Of a DNA stretch of 64,000 nt, positions 1-8,459 are shown one piece after another. A program made the position numbers and the translations under genes. Below the pieces are notes generated by a model. The model was not told the DNA's origin. It was given only the letters and a program-made list of their open reading frames with translations, and made no database searches. The DNA lies in contig CBDUPA010000001.1 of NCBI GenBank assembly GCA_965368975.1, positions 768,001 to 832,000 of the forward strand, in the 5' to 3' direction. Source of the stretch: an uncultured bacterium (GTDB lineage: Bacteria; Acidobacteriota; Thermoanaerobaculia; Multivoradales; JAHZIX01). How positions within the stretch are numbered: the stretch's first letter is position 1; every line of letters begins with the position of its first letter.

Positions 1-224
1 AAGACTTCGAGCAAGCGATAGGGACCGATCTCCGCGGGCAGACCGAGGCGTTCCGGGACCTGAGGTTCCAGGCGTGGTTGCTCTGGGTTTGTCCGCTCCG
101 GTTCCGGGGCTTTCGGCGAACGTGGCTCGGCGCCGAGCTGTGGAGAGCCGTGGGCTAGCAGCCGAGTCGACCCCGGTCCTTGCAGCTTGGTGGTTTCGTC
201 TGGTTTCAGCTCAGATCCTGCCAT
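1..224 (-). CDS. Ser/Thr protein kinase (Hanks-type), 5' part only; runs off the window start
   Basis: Not in the ORF track. Manual translation from ATG 224 gives MAGSELKPDETTKL...LPAEIGPYRLLEV, matching the IGPYRLLRVL kinase entry of the neighbouring gene at 445-2022. Confidence 0.8.
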   Translation of the reverse strand, partial: MAGSELKPDETTKLQGPGSTRLLAHGSPQLGAEPRSPKAPEPERTNPEQPRLEPQVPERLGLPAEIGPYRLLEV

Positions 225-444
225 GGACACCTGCTTGGTCGCGACTTTCGCTTCATCTCCGCTCTCGGATCCCGTCTACGAGGCCCTTCGCGGGGTGATG
301 AGCTGTTGGAATTCGAGTAAATAATCTATCAGAGAAGAAATGAGTTGCACGTGCTGAGCATAGAAGCCCGAAGCGCGTGGCGGGTTCCGGCTTCCCGGAA
401 CCAAACCGTCTCGTCGATGGAGGCCAAGGTCGAGCCGCCCGCTC

Positions 445-2022
445 TCAGGGTGTTGCCGTGGTCTGCGCATCTGACCGGACGATCTCGTCTCCTTGCAGGG
501 CTTTGGCTCGCTCGAGATCGCCCCGGATCTGCTGCAGCAGTTCCTGATCGGCATCGGCGGTGTGGTCGTAGCTATGTAGGGTCTCTTGCAGCAACTCGAC
601 GGCCTGCTCGCGCATGCCGAGATTGGTATAGGCGGTCCCCATCGTATGGAGCAGGCGGGCTCGGGCCTCCGCGTTGTCGGCGAAGCGCTCCCGGATGCGG
701 TCCGTGCCGCGGTCGAGGACCTGGCGCAGGGTGACTTCCGCCGCCTCCGAGCGAGCGGGCTGGGCGTTCTCGAACAGGTCGAGCAGGAAGTCGGTGACTT
801 CCTGGGCCTCGGTGCGGGCTTGGCGAGCCGCTTCCGCCTGCCGGTTGGCTCGCTGGGTCTCGATCTGGCGCGCCACGATGCTGCCAGTCAGGACCACGAG
901 CAGGAGGACCGCGGTCGCCACCAGGGTGCGGTGGCGGCGCGTGAACTTGGAGAGTAGATACCAGCGGCTCGGCGCGGTCGCCAACACGGGTTCGTTGGCG
1001 AGGTAGCGACGCAGGTCGTCCGCCAGTTCCGCCGCTGAGCCGTAACGTCGATGGCGCTCGCGGTGTAGAGCCTTGAGGATGATGTGATCGAGATCTCCCT
1101 CCAGCTGCTTCTGGAGCTGACGCAGGTTCGTGGCCCGCGCCACCGCGTGCGCTTCCTGAGTCGTGGAATCGAGCTCGGTCAGCCGGCGACTCGGGCTGGG
1201 CGGATCCTCCTCTTGCAGCCGCTGCAGCAACTCCAAGGTCGATCCCGACTCCGGATCGAAGGGCATGGCGCCGGTGAGCAGCAGGTAGAGCAGAACACCC
1301 AGCGAGTAGACGTCGGAGCGGATGTCGACATCGCCTGGGTCCTTGCCGCCGGCCGGCGTCGCTCCGGTCATGCCGCGGGACAGGGAGCTGTAGCGTTCGG
1401 GCGAGACGAAGGCGGGCGTCCCGACCGGCAGCTCACGGGTCAGCCGGGTCATGTCGTCGAGCCCACTACTGAAATTACCCTCCAGGTCCTTGGCGATGCC
1501 GAAGTCGATCACCTTGACGCGCGCCCGCGGACCGGCGTCAGCCTCGTCGACATCGACAACCAGCAGGTTGGATGGTTTGATGTCGCGATGCAGCACACCC
1601 TTTTGGTGGGCGTGATGGATGCCGGCGCAGACGTCGAGGAAGAGTCCGATTCGGGCTTTGGTGTCCAGTCGCTGGCGGTCGCAGTACTCGTCCAGTCCGA
1701 CCCCGGGCACATGCTCCATGACGAAGTAGGGTCTGCCGTCCGGCAGGTCGCCCGCCTCGAAGACCTGGGCGATGTTGGGATGATTCATGCGCGCCAGTGC
1801 TCGGCGCTCGAGTTCGAATCGATGAAGGAGCGTGTCGGGATCCGCGAGCTGGTGCGTCACCTTGACGGCGACCTGTCGCGCGATCGGCTCTGTCTGTTCC
1901 GCCAGGAAGACGGTGCCCATCCCCCCTTCGCCGAGGACTCGCAACAAGCGGTAAGGGCCGATTTCCTTCGGAATACCAAAAGGGAGCCGAGCTTCCTCGA
2001 GAGGGAGTGTTGTTTGGGGCAC
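445..2022 (-). CDS. Membrane-anchored Ser/Thr protein kinase with a short C-terminal TPR-like region
   Basis: LGEGGMG, VAVK, HRDIKPSN, DFG, GTPAFVSPE and DVYSLG motifs; TM segment LVATAVLLLVVLTG; GTG start with GGAGG RBS. Confidence 0.93.
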   Translation of the reverse strand: MPQTTLPLEEARLPFGIPKEIGPYRLLRVLGEGGMGTVFLAEQTEPIARQVAVKVTHQLADPDTLLHRFELERRALARMNHPNIAQVFEAGDLPDGRPYFVMEHVPGVGLDEYCDRQRLDTKARIGLFLDVCAGIHHAHQKGVLHRDIKPSNLLVVDVDEADAGPRARVKVIDFGIAKDLEGNFSSGLDDMTRLTRELPVGTPAFVSPERYSSLSRGMTGATPAGGKDPGDVDIRSDVYSLGVLLYLLLTGAMPFDPESGSTLELLQRLQEEDPPSPSRRLTELDSTTQEAHAVARATNLRQLQKQLEGDLDHIILKALHRERHRRYGSAAELADDLRRYLANEPVLATAPSRWYLLSKFTRRHRTLVATAVLLLVVLTGSIVARQIETQRANRQAEAARQARTEAQEVTDFLLDLFENAQPARSEAAEVTLRQVLDRGTDRIRERFADNAEARARLLHTMGTAYTNLGMREQAVELLQETLHSYDHTADADQELLQQIRGDLERAKALQGDEIVRSDAQTTATP

Positions 2023-2158
2023 GGGTACGCGGTACCTCCACTAGCAGTCGGCGGACTGGTTCAACCTTGCCGAAGTCGAGTATGGGGCACGAACGAGAGC
2101 GTGGCCAAGAAAGGTCAGGGGCTCGACGTCGCGTGCTTGCGAGAGGATTCGAAATGGA

Positions 2159-3346
2159 TCAGGGACTGGATGTCAAAGACAGGAGTTCTGTAAACAGCTG
2201 GCGATACACTTCGTGCCCGCGACGGCCGAAAGCGTCAAAGTATCCGGTGTACCACTGGCTCAGCGACGCGCCCGCCGCCTCGCTTGCCCGCACGTCCTCG
2301 GCCTCTTCGACACCGCCGGTACGCACGATGTGGAACTCCCGCTCGGAGTTGCCGCGCTCCGGCTTGCGCCTGTCCAGGTGAGCCCGCGCGGCACGCACCA
2401 GCGCTAGCGACTTCTCGCGCAATGGCCGGCCGCTGACACCGCCGCCGAAGTGACTCGAGAAATAGTCGAGCAGACGCTGCTCTGCGGGATTGGCGAGTGC
2501 CGGACGCAGGGCGTCATAGTCAGTCGAGGTGTTGCCGAAGTTGACGCCGTCGAAGCCAAGGTCGAGGAGCAGGTCGAGCAGTGCCGGTACCTGGCGCGGA
2601 TCGGTGTCGGTCGAGAACTTGACGATCACCGGCAACGGCGTGCCGCGGTGACGCAGAAAGCGTTCGGCCAGGGTGTCGAGACGCCGCCGCAGGTCCGCGT
2701 CCAGGACGTCCTCGGAGTCTTCGACTTGCGGCAGCTCCTCGGTGTTGGGGCAGCTCTCGTTCAGCTCCAGGAAGTCGACGCCGGCGTCGCGGTAGCGCTC
2801 CAGGCCCTCGATCAACGCGTCGAGCCGTGTGGCTTCCTCTTCAATGTCCGTCGTGGCACTGACGCTGGCGCCGATCGGGCAGCCGTCGACGCGCTCGAGT
2901 CGAGCCAGCCGTGCCGCGACGGTGGCATGCCCGTCGTTCGGCAGGCCGAGCCAGTTCGATGCCGCGCCGGAGGCGGGGTAGGGGGCGAAGGGCTGCGCGA
3001 TGCCGTGGCGCCGGTTGCCCGGGCGTGAGAGTTCCGTCGAGGTGCCCGCCAGGTACCAGCCGGCACCTTGGGCAGCGCACAGCTCGTAGCCCTCCCCGTT
3101 CTTGAACATGCCGGCGGCGTTGCCCAGGGGGGCGCGAAAGCGCAGGCCCCACAGCGTGCGGCTGAGCGATGCGGCTGGCGCGTAAGGAGTCGGTGGTGCT
3201 GCGACCAACCATTGCAGGAAGCGCTGGCGTCCGCGTGAATAGAGACGGACCGCGACGCGCGGTGGCATGCGGACCAGCCAGGGTCGTAGGCGGTCGTCGA
3301 GGCGGGCGAGCAGGGGAGCGGTGTAGGTTGAGACCAAGAATGTCAT
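2159..3346 (-). CDS. pyrD: Dihydroorotate dehydrogenase (FMN TIM barrel)
   Basis: GNAAGMFKNG, NWLGLPNDG, ELNESCPN, VKFS, GNTST, GGVSGRP and QWYTG motifs. Start trimmed from 3541 to ATG 3346; the exact start is uncertain. Confidence 0.8.
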   Translation of the reverse strand: MTFLVSTYTAPLLARLDDRLRPWLVRMPPRVAVRLYSRGRQRFLQWLVAAPPTPYAPAASLSRTLWGLRFRAPLGNAAGMFKNGEGYELCAAQGAGWYLAGTSTELSRPGNRRHGIAQPFAPYPASGAASNWLGLPNDGHATVAARLARLERVDGCPIGASVSATTDIEEEATRLDALIEGLERYRDAGVDFLELNESCPNTEELPQVEDSEDVLDADLRRRLDTLAERFLRHRGTPLPVIVKFSTDTDPRQVPALLDLLLDLGFDGVNFGNTSTDYDALRPALANPAEQRLLDYFSSHFGGGVSGRPLREKSLALVRAARAHLDRRKPERGNSEREFHIVRTGGVEEAEDVRASEAAGASLSQWYTGYFDAFGRRGHEVYRQLFTELLSLTSSP

Positions 3347-3571
3347 CTCCGGTATGGCCAGCGTGCGGCATTTCCGTGGCGCAAGGTATGTTAGCCCACT
3401 CGTGGCTACTCGACGCCGCCTCTCGCAGGCGGGCTTCTCGATGGAGAGCCCCTCCACGCAGCAGAGCCCTGCCGGGGCGCAACCGGTGCGGCGTGGCGAC
3501 GTATTCTTCTGTACGACTCGAAGGCGCCTATACCAACTCAAGGAGCCGACACCAACTCGAAGGAGACCGGT

Positions 3572-5413
3572 ATGCGTACCCTATTTCTCGTCTCGACCCT
3601 CTGTTTGACGGTTCTCATCCTGCTGGTCCTTGGCCTGACCGCGTGCGTCGACTCGAACTCGTCCACGTCGGAGACCGCCGATGCGGCCGCCACCGTGGCC
3701 CCTGAAGATGGCGTCACCATGAACGAAGTGGTTGGCGCCTTCCAGGGCGGAGACGTGGCGGAAGCCGTGCGCCTACTCGAGATCATGGTGGTCGAACAGC
3801 CCGAGAACGCTCGGGCCTGGAGCGTGCTGGGACAAGCGCGCGGCACGTTGGCGGGGCAGGGGCCCGAGGCCGATGATGCCTTGTTGCAGGCCGCGGTCGA
3901 CGCGTATACTCGGGCGCTGGAGTTGGACCCGACGCAGCGCGGCGCGGCCCTCGGTCTGGCTGGCCTGGCGGCGCGGCGCGGCGACACTGAGCAAGCGTTG
4001 GCGCGTCTCGAAGAGCTGGCCGCAGCCGGCGACGTCGACCTCAGCCAGGTCGAGCTCAATCCCAACTTTGCCGCCTTGGTGGGCGATCCGCGTTTCCAGG
4101 CCTTGCCACCAACCGCCGAGGATTTCGACGGACCCGCTTTCGTCGAGCCGGTGCGCGTTCTGCACGAGTGGCGCGGTGAGGCGCAGGGTGACACCTTCGG
4201 CTGGATCGCGCGCCGCCTGGGCGACGGCAGCGCCGGTGACGTCGATGGCGATGGCGTCGCCGACCTGACCACCTCGGCACCCAACAAGCAGCTGCACGAC
4301 GAGCAGCTGGAAGACCTGCCCAATGCCGGTCGCGTCTATGTTTATTCGGGCAAGACGGGGGATCTGCTCTGGACGCGGGATGGTACCACCGCGGGAGCCT
4401 TGCTCGGACAAGGTATCGAGACCGCCGGTGACGTCAATGGCGACGGTCGGTCCGACGTGCTCGCTGCTGCCCCGGGTGCCAACGTCGCCTATGTCTTCGA
4501 TGGTCGGGATGGTTCGACGCTGCTCGAAATCCAGGGCCACGACGGAGAGCAGTTCGGCCGTCACGTGCACGGGGTCGGTGACGTCGACGGTGATGGTCAC
4601 AGTGACCTGCTGATCGGCGCGCCGCGCTTCGATCCCAGCGAGACACTGCAAGACGCCGGCCGCGCTGCTCTCTTCTCGGGCAAGGACGGTTCGCTGCTAC
4701 GTCAGTGGCTGGGGCAAGAAGCCGGCGACCGGCTCGGCGAAGCGGTCGCAGGCAGCATGGTAGGCAGCGAGAATGGGAGACACCCGGTCTTCATTTTGGG
4801 CGCACCGGATGCCGGTGAAGGCGACCGCGGCCGCGTCTACGTCTACACCGAGCTCGCGGCCCAGGACGGCAGCAGCGAGACCGTGGGCGAGGGGGCCAAC
4901 TTCATCATCGACTCGGACGAGCAAGGCGCCGAGCTGGGCGGCATGTTCCTGAGCGTGATCGGCGATCTCGACGCCGACGGCGTGGACGACGTCTACGCGT
5001 CCGACTGGGCCCACGGTGCTCTCGGGCCACAAACCGGTCGCATCGTGGTGCATTCCGGGGCCACGGGGGAGCAGCTCCTCGAGCTGACCGGTGAAGCCTC
5101 GGGCAACGGCTTCGGCATCGGTCCCGCCGACGCCGGCGACGCCGACGGTGACGGTCACGACGACCTGCTCGTCGGTGCCTGGCAGCACGCCAGTGCCGCA
5201 CCGGCCGGCGGCAAGGCTTATCTCTACTCCGGCAGGGACGGCTCGCTGCTACGCACCTGGACCTGCCAGGTGATGGGCGACACCTTCGGCTTCGACGCTA
5301 CGCGCCTGGATGATGTCGACGGCGACGGCAAGATGGACTACTTGCTGACCTCCGCCTGGAGCGCCGTCAACGGTCCTCGTGCGGGACGCATGTTCGTGCT
5401 CGCGGGAGAGTAG
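3572..5413 (+). CDS. Lipoprotein with N-terminal TPR and FG-GAP (integrin alpha-like) beta-propeller repeats
   Basis: Lipobox LTAC after a hydrophobic signal; repeated GDVDGDG..D / GAP / GRVYVYSG motifs; AAGGAG RBS. Confidence 0.88.
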   Translation: MRTLFLVSTLCLTVLILLVLGLTACVDSNSSTSETADAAATVAPEDGVTMNEVVGAFQGGDVAEAVRLLEIMVVEQPENARAWSVLGQARGTLAGQGPEADDALLQAAVDAYTRALELDPTQRGAALGLAGLAARRGDTEQALARLEELAAAGDVDLSQVELNPNFAALVGDPRFQALPPTAEDFDGPAFVEPVRVLHEWRGEAQGDTFGWIARRLGDGSAGDVDGDGVADLTTSAPNKQLHDEQLEDLPNAGRVYVYSGKTGDLLWTRDGTTAGALLGQGIETAGDVNGDGRSDVLAAAPGANVAYVFDGRDGSTLLEIQGHDGEQFGRHVHGVGDVDGDGHSDLLIGAPRFDPSETLQDAGRAALFSGKDGSLLRQWLGQEAGDRLGEAVAGSMVGSENGRHPVFILGAPDAGEGDRGRVYVYTELAAQDGSSETVGEGANFIIDSDEQGAELGGMFLSVIGDLDADGVDDVYASDWAHGALGPQTGRIVVHSGATGEQLLELTGEASGNGFGIGPADAGDADGDGHDDLLVGAWQHASAAPAGGKAYLYSGRDGSLLRTWTCQVMGDTFGFDATRLDDVDGDGKMDYLLTSAWSAVNGPRAGRMFVLAGE

Positions 5414-5422
5414 ACGCCCTTC

Positions 5423-5483
5423 CCTTTGCTGTAGAAGATCTGCGATGATCTGAGAAATCTTCGTAGAAAACCTGCAGCAAAGG
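5423..5483 (+). promoter_or_regulatory. Stem-loop overlapping the RBS of the heptose operon's first gene
   Basis: cctttgctgtag (5423-5434) pairs with ctgcagcaaagg (5472-5483): 12 bp with one G-U. Inner helix aagat/atctt. The 3' arm contains the AAAGG SD-like motif ahead of ATG 5491. Confidence 0.45.
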
Positions 5484-5490
5484 AACTTCG

Positions 5491-6933
5491 ATGCAGCTAG
5501 CGGACAGGCAGCGCCCCGTGCGTTCTGTGGCGATTACCGCCAGCCATGAGCTGTTCAGCTCGGCCGAGGCGGCGCTGGACGAGGCCGTGCGCTTGCGCCT
5601 GGAGCGTCGCATCGAGATGCGGCGGCAGGCGCAAGAGAGTCCGACGTGGAGCCCGTACGCGGTCGAGAACACGCGGCTGGTGCGCTCGATCGAGGGTGGA
5701 GTCGACGATCTGAAATTCCTCTATCCGGTGCTCGACAACTTGCCGCTGCTGGTCTTTCCCTTACTTCACTATGCAGCCACCGGAGCGCGCCTGTGTTTTT
5801 ACGGCTCACCGGAGGCCTGCCGGGTGGTGGAGGTGGTCCGCGCCTACCTGCTCGAGATCGGCTGGTTGCGCGCCGCCGACGAGCTCTTGACGGTGGAGGA
5901 GGACCGCGAGCGGATTTCCTTCTTCCATTCCTTCCTGCGCAGTACCGACCCTTTCGCTGCGGGGCCGGACGACGGCATCCTGTGGACGGCCGCGGATCTG
6001 GTGCTGGCCTACGACGTGTGGCCCTGGCTGCTCGATCGCAGCATCGAAGAACACCACCTGCTGATCAACATGATCGCGCGCGACCGGATTTTCCCCGAGG
6101 GTGAGACGGAGTTCTTGCGACTCAACTACTTCGACCGCCTGTGCCCGGCCGGCCAGGAGCATGCCCTGGCGGTCAAGCAGCCGGACGTGATCGTCTTCAC
6201 TGGAGAGGGACGGCGAGGCCTGGAGCGGTTGAATCGCATCCGCGGGCAGTCGGAGGGAGCGCTGCTCGGCATCTTCCTGCGCGCCACTTGGCGTGGACTG
6301 CTCAGCCCCAAGGCGCTGTCGGTGCTCAAGGCGGTGCAGTACGGCATCCGGCGCAAACGCTACACGCTGCGCGACGGCGAGGGCCTGTCGCAGCGAGACG
6401 CCAGCCGCTTCGCGTCGGTGTTCTTCGGCGTGCCGACGCACGTCAAGACGGAGATCGCCGACCCCTTCATCCTCAAGGACGGCGACGGCTTCGAGGACGT
6501 CTTCGGCTACTACCGAGCGCTGTTGCAGCGCGTGGTCGACGCGGCGCCGTCGAAGGAAGCGGGCTATGCCCAGCTGGCCGAAGTGCACCCGTATGCCGAG
6601 CAGTTGTGGCAGCTGTCGCAGCGGTTACAGCCGCTGTGGGAAGAACTGCCCCTGTGGCGCCGCTGGCCGGAGTTCATCAACGACAAGATCGCGACCTACA
6701 ACCAGCGCCTGCAGCGTGAGTTCGAGGCCGCGGGTGTCGACGACGACCAGCCGCCCCTGCCGAGCTATTTCGCCGCCGACGGCAGCTTCCGACCGCAGCC
6801 GTCGCTGCCGCATGCCGATGTCGACGGCAGCCTCGACTACCTGCGACGCGTCTATCGGCCGCGGTTCGAGCAGGGGCGCCAGCGCTACAACCACGAGCTC
6901 GGTAACCACGAGCGAGGAGTGGCCTCATCTTGA
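5491..6933 (+). CDS. Hypothetical protein; putative divergent GT-A/MobA-like nucleotidyltransferase
   Basis: 480-aa ORF whose stop overlaps the hldE start. Spaced motifs VAITAS, KFLYPVLDNLPLL, ILWTAADL and DGDGFED resemble NTP-transferase signatures (inference). Confidence 0.5.
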   Translation: MQLADRQRPVRSVAITASHELFSSAEAALDEAVRLRLERRIEMRRQAQESPTWSPYAVENTRLVRSIEGGVDDLKFLYPVLDNLPLLVFPLLHYAATGARLCFYGSPEACRVVEVVRAYLLEIGWLRAADELLTVEEDRERISFFHSFLRSTDPFAAGPDDGILWTAADLVLAYDVWPWLLDRSIEEHHLLINMIARDRIFPEGETEFLRLNYFDRLCPAGQEHALAVKQPDVIVFTGEGRRGLERLNRIRGQSEGALLGIFLRATWRGLLSPKALSVLKAVQYGIRRKRYTLRDGEGLSQRDASRFASVFFGVPTHVKTEIADPFILKDGDGFEDVFGYYRALLQRVVDAAPSKEAGYAQLAEVHPYAEQLWQLSQRLQPLWEELPLWRRWPEFINDKIATYNQRLQREFEAAGVDDDQPPLPSYFAADGSFRPQPSLPHADVDGSLDYLRRVYRPRFEQGRQRYNHELGNHERGVASS

Positions 6934-8459
6934 TGCGCAAGACGAACGGATCGGATGTCCTGGCCCAGGCCGGGAGACCCCAGGCCGGGAGACCCCAGGC
7001 CGGGAGACCCCAGGCCGGGAGACCGCAGGCTGGAAGACCGCAGGCCGGAAGACAGGCGCCACCGTCGTTCGACGGGGTGCGTCTGTTGGTGGTCGGGGAT
7101 GTGATGGTCAACCGCTACTGGCAGGGAGCCGCGTCGCGCCTGGCTCCCGACGCGCCGGTGCCGGTGGTGCACGTCCACCACGACGAGGCGAGCCCCGGGG
7201 GGGCAGCGAACGTGGCGATGAACGCGGCGGTCTTGGGGGCTGAAGTGACCCTGCTCGGCGTTGCGGGCGACGACGTGGAAGCAGACGTACTGACGGCGCA
7301 GCTGGAGCAGGCCGGTGTCCGGGTCGACCTGGTGCGCGTCGCCGGCTCGCCGACCGTGCGCAAGCTGTGGGTGACCGGACGTGGGCAGCATGTCGTGCGG
7401 GTGGACTTCGAAGACGGCTTTCCGGGCCTCGAGGCAGCTAGCGTGCTGACGCGGCTACGGGAGCACCTGGCGTCGAACCAGGCGGTCGTGTTTTCGGACT
7501 ACGGCAAAGGAACCGTGCGCCAGCCGGCAGCCCTGATCGAGGCGACGCGGCTGTCCGGCTGTCCGGTGCTGGTCGATCCCAAAGGCAGTGACTTCTCGTG
7601 CTACCGCGGCGCCACGCTGCTGTCGCCCAACCGCGTCGAGTTCGAGGCGGCGGCGGGACCTTGCAGTGGTGACGCGGAACTGGAGCGCCGAGGCCTGGAT
7701 CTGCTGCGCGACCTGCGGTTGCAGGCCCTGGTGGTCACGCGCGACGCCGAAGGCATGACCCTGCTGCGCGACGAGGCGCCGGCCGTGCACGTGCCCGCAT
7801 GCGCGCACTGGGTCGAGGATGTGGCGGGGGCCGGGGACACGGTGATCGCGACCTTGGCGCTGGCGGTGGCAGCTGGCGTCGACTACCCGGCGGCGGTGCA
7901 TTGGGCCAACACTGCGGCCGGCGTGGTGGTGGAGAAGCCGCGGGTGGCGACGGTATCGGCCGCCGAGCTGGCACGGGTGGATTGCAGGTCGCCGCAGGTG
8001 GTGAGCGAGGCCGAGTTGTTGCGGCTGGTGTCCGCGGCGCGGGCGCGCGGCGAGAAGATCGTCATGACCAACGGCTGCTTCGACATCCTGCACGCCGGCC
8101 ACGTGCAGTACCTGGAGCAGGTGCGCCGGCAGGGGGACCGCCTGATCGTGGCGGTGAACGACGACGACTCGGTGCGCCGGTTCAAGGGGGCGAGCCGGCC
8201 GGTCAATCCCCTGGCGCAGCGATTGCGGGTGCTGGCGGGCCTGCAGGCGGTCGACTGGGTGGTGCCCTTCAGCGAGGACTCGCCGGACCGCCTCGTGTGC
8301 CAGGTCAAGCCGGACGTGATGGCCAAGGGCGGCGACTACCACCCAGACCAGGTCCCTGGCAGCCGCTGTGTGCGCGAGGCCGGGGGAGAGATCTTCATCG
8401 CCGAATTCGTCGAGGGGCATTCGACCAGCCGCCTGATCGAGCGTCTGCAAGAGCCATGA
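6930..8459 (+). CDS. hldE: Bifunctional heptose 7-phosphate kinase / heptose 1-phosphate adenylyltransferase
   Basis: VVGDVM, PGGAANVA, SDYGKG, VDPKG, DVAGAGDT (PfkB domain) plus TNGCFDILHAGH and KGGDY (cytidylyltransferase-like domain). Start is TTG 6930 or ATG 6933. Confidence 0.95.
   Translation: MMRKTNGSDVLAQAGRPQAGRPQAGRPQAGRPQAGRPQAGRQAPPSFDGVRLLVVGDVMVNRYWQGAASRLAPDAPVPVVHVHHDEASPGGAANVAMNAAVLGAEVTLLGVAGDDVEADVLTAQLEQAGVRVDLVRVAGSPTVRKLWVTGRGQHVVRVDFEDGFPGLEAASVLTRLREHLASNQAVVFSDYGKGTVRQPAALIEATRLSGCPVLVDPKGSDFSCYRGATLLSPNRVEFEAAAGPCSGDAELERRGLDLLRDLRLQALVVTRDAEGMTLLRDEAPAVHVPACAHWVEDVAGAGDTVIATLALAVAAGVDYPAAVHWANTAAGVVVEKPRVATVSAAELARVDCRSPQVVSEAELLRLVSAARARGEKIVMTNGCFDILHAGHVQYLEQVRRQGDRLIVAVNDDDSVRRFKGASRPVNPLAQRLRVLAGLQAVDWVVPFSEDSPDRLVCQVKPDVMAKGGDYHPDQVPGSRCVREAGGEIFIAEFVEGHSTSRLIERLQEP
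6966..7055 (+). repeat. 15-bp tandem repeat (caggccgggagaccc) x6 encoding (QAGRP)n at the HldE N-terminus
   Basis: Three perfect units at 6966-7010, then three degenerate units. Confidence 0.95.

Noticed and set aside
383-402. 8-bp hairpin ggttccgg-cttc-ccggaacc downstream of the kinase gene
   Set aside because: No U-tract follows in the direction of transcription; too weak to call a terminator.
6966-7055. Tandem repeat considered as a CRISPR array
   Set aside because: The 15-bp units are contiguous with no spacers, lie inside a CDS, and no cas genes are present.
7799-8455. Long 5' extensions in the ORF track (7799, 9567, 10805, 11593, 13199, 31150, 16939, 47064)
   Set aside because: They overlap genuine neighbouring genes in other frames or lack protein-like composition. 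Starts were reset using stop/start overlaps and RBSs.
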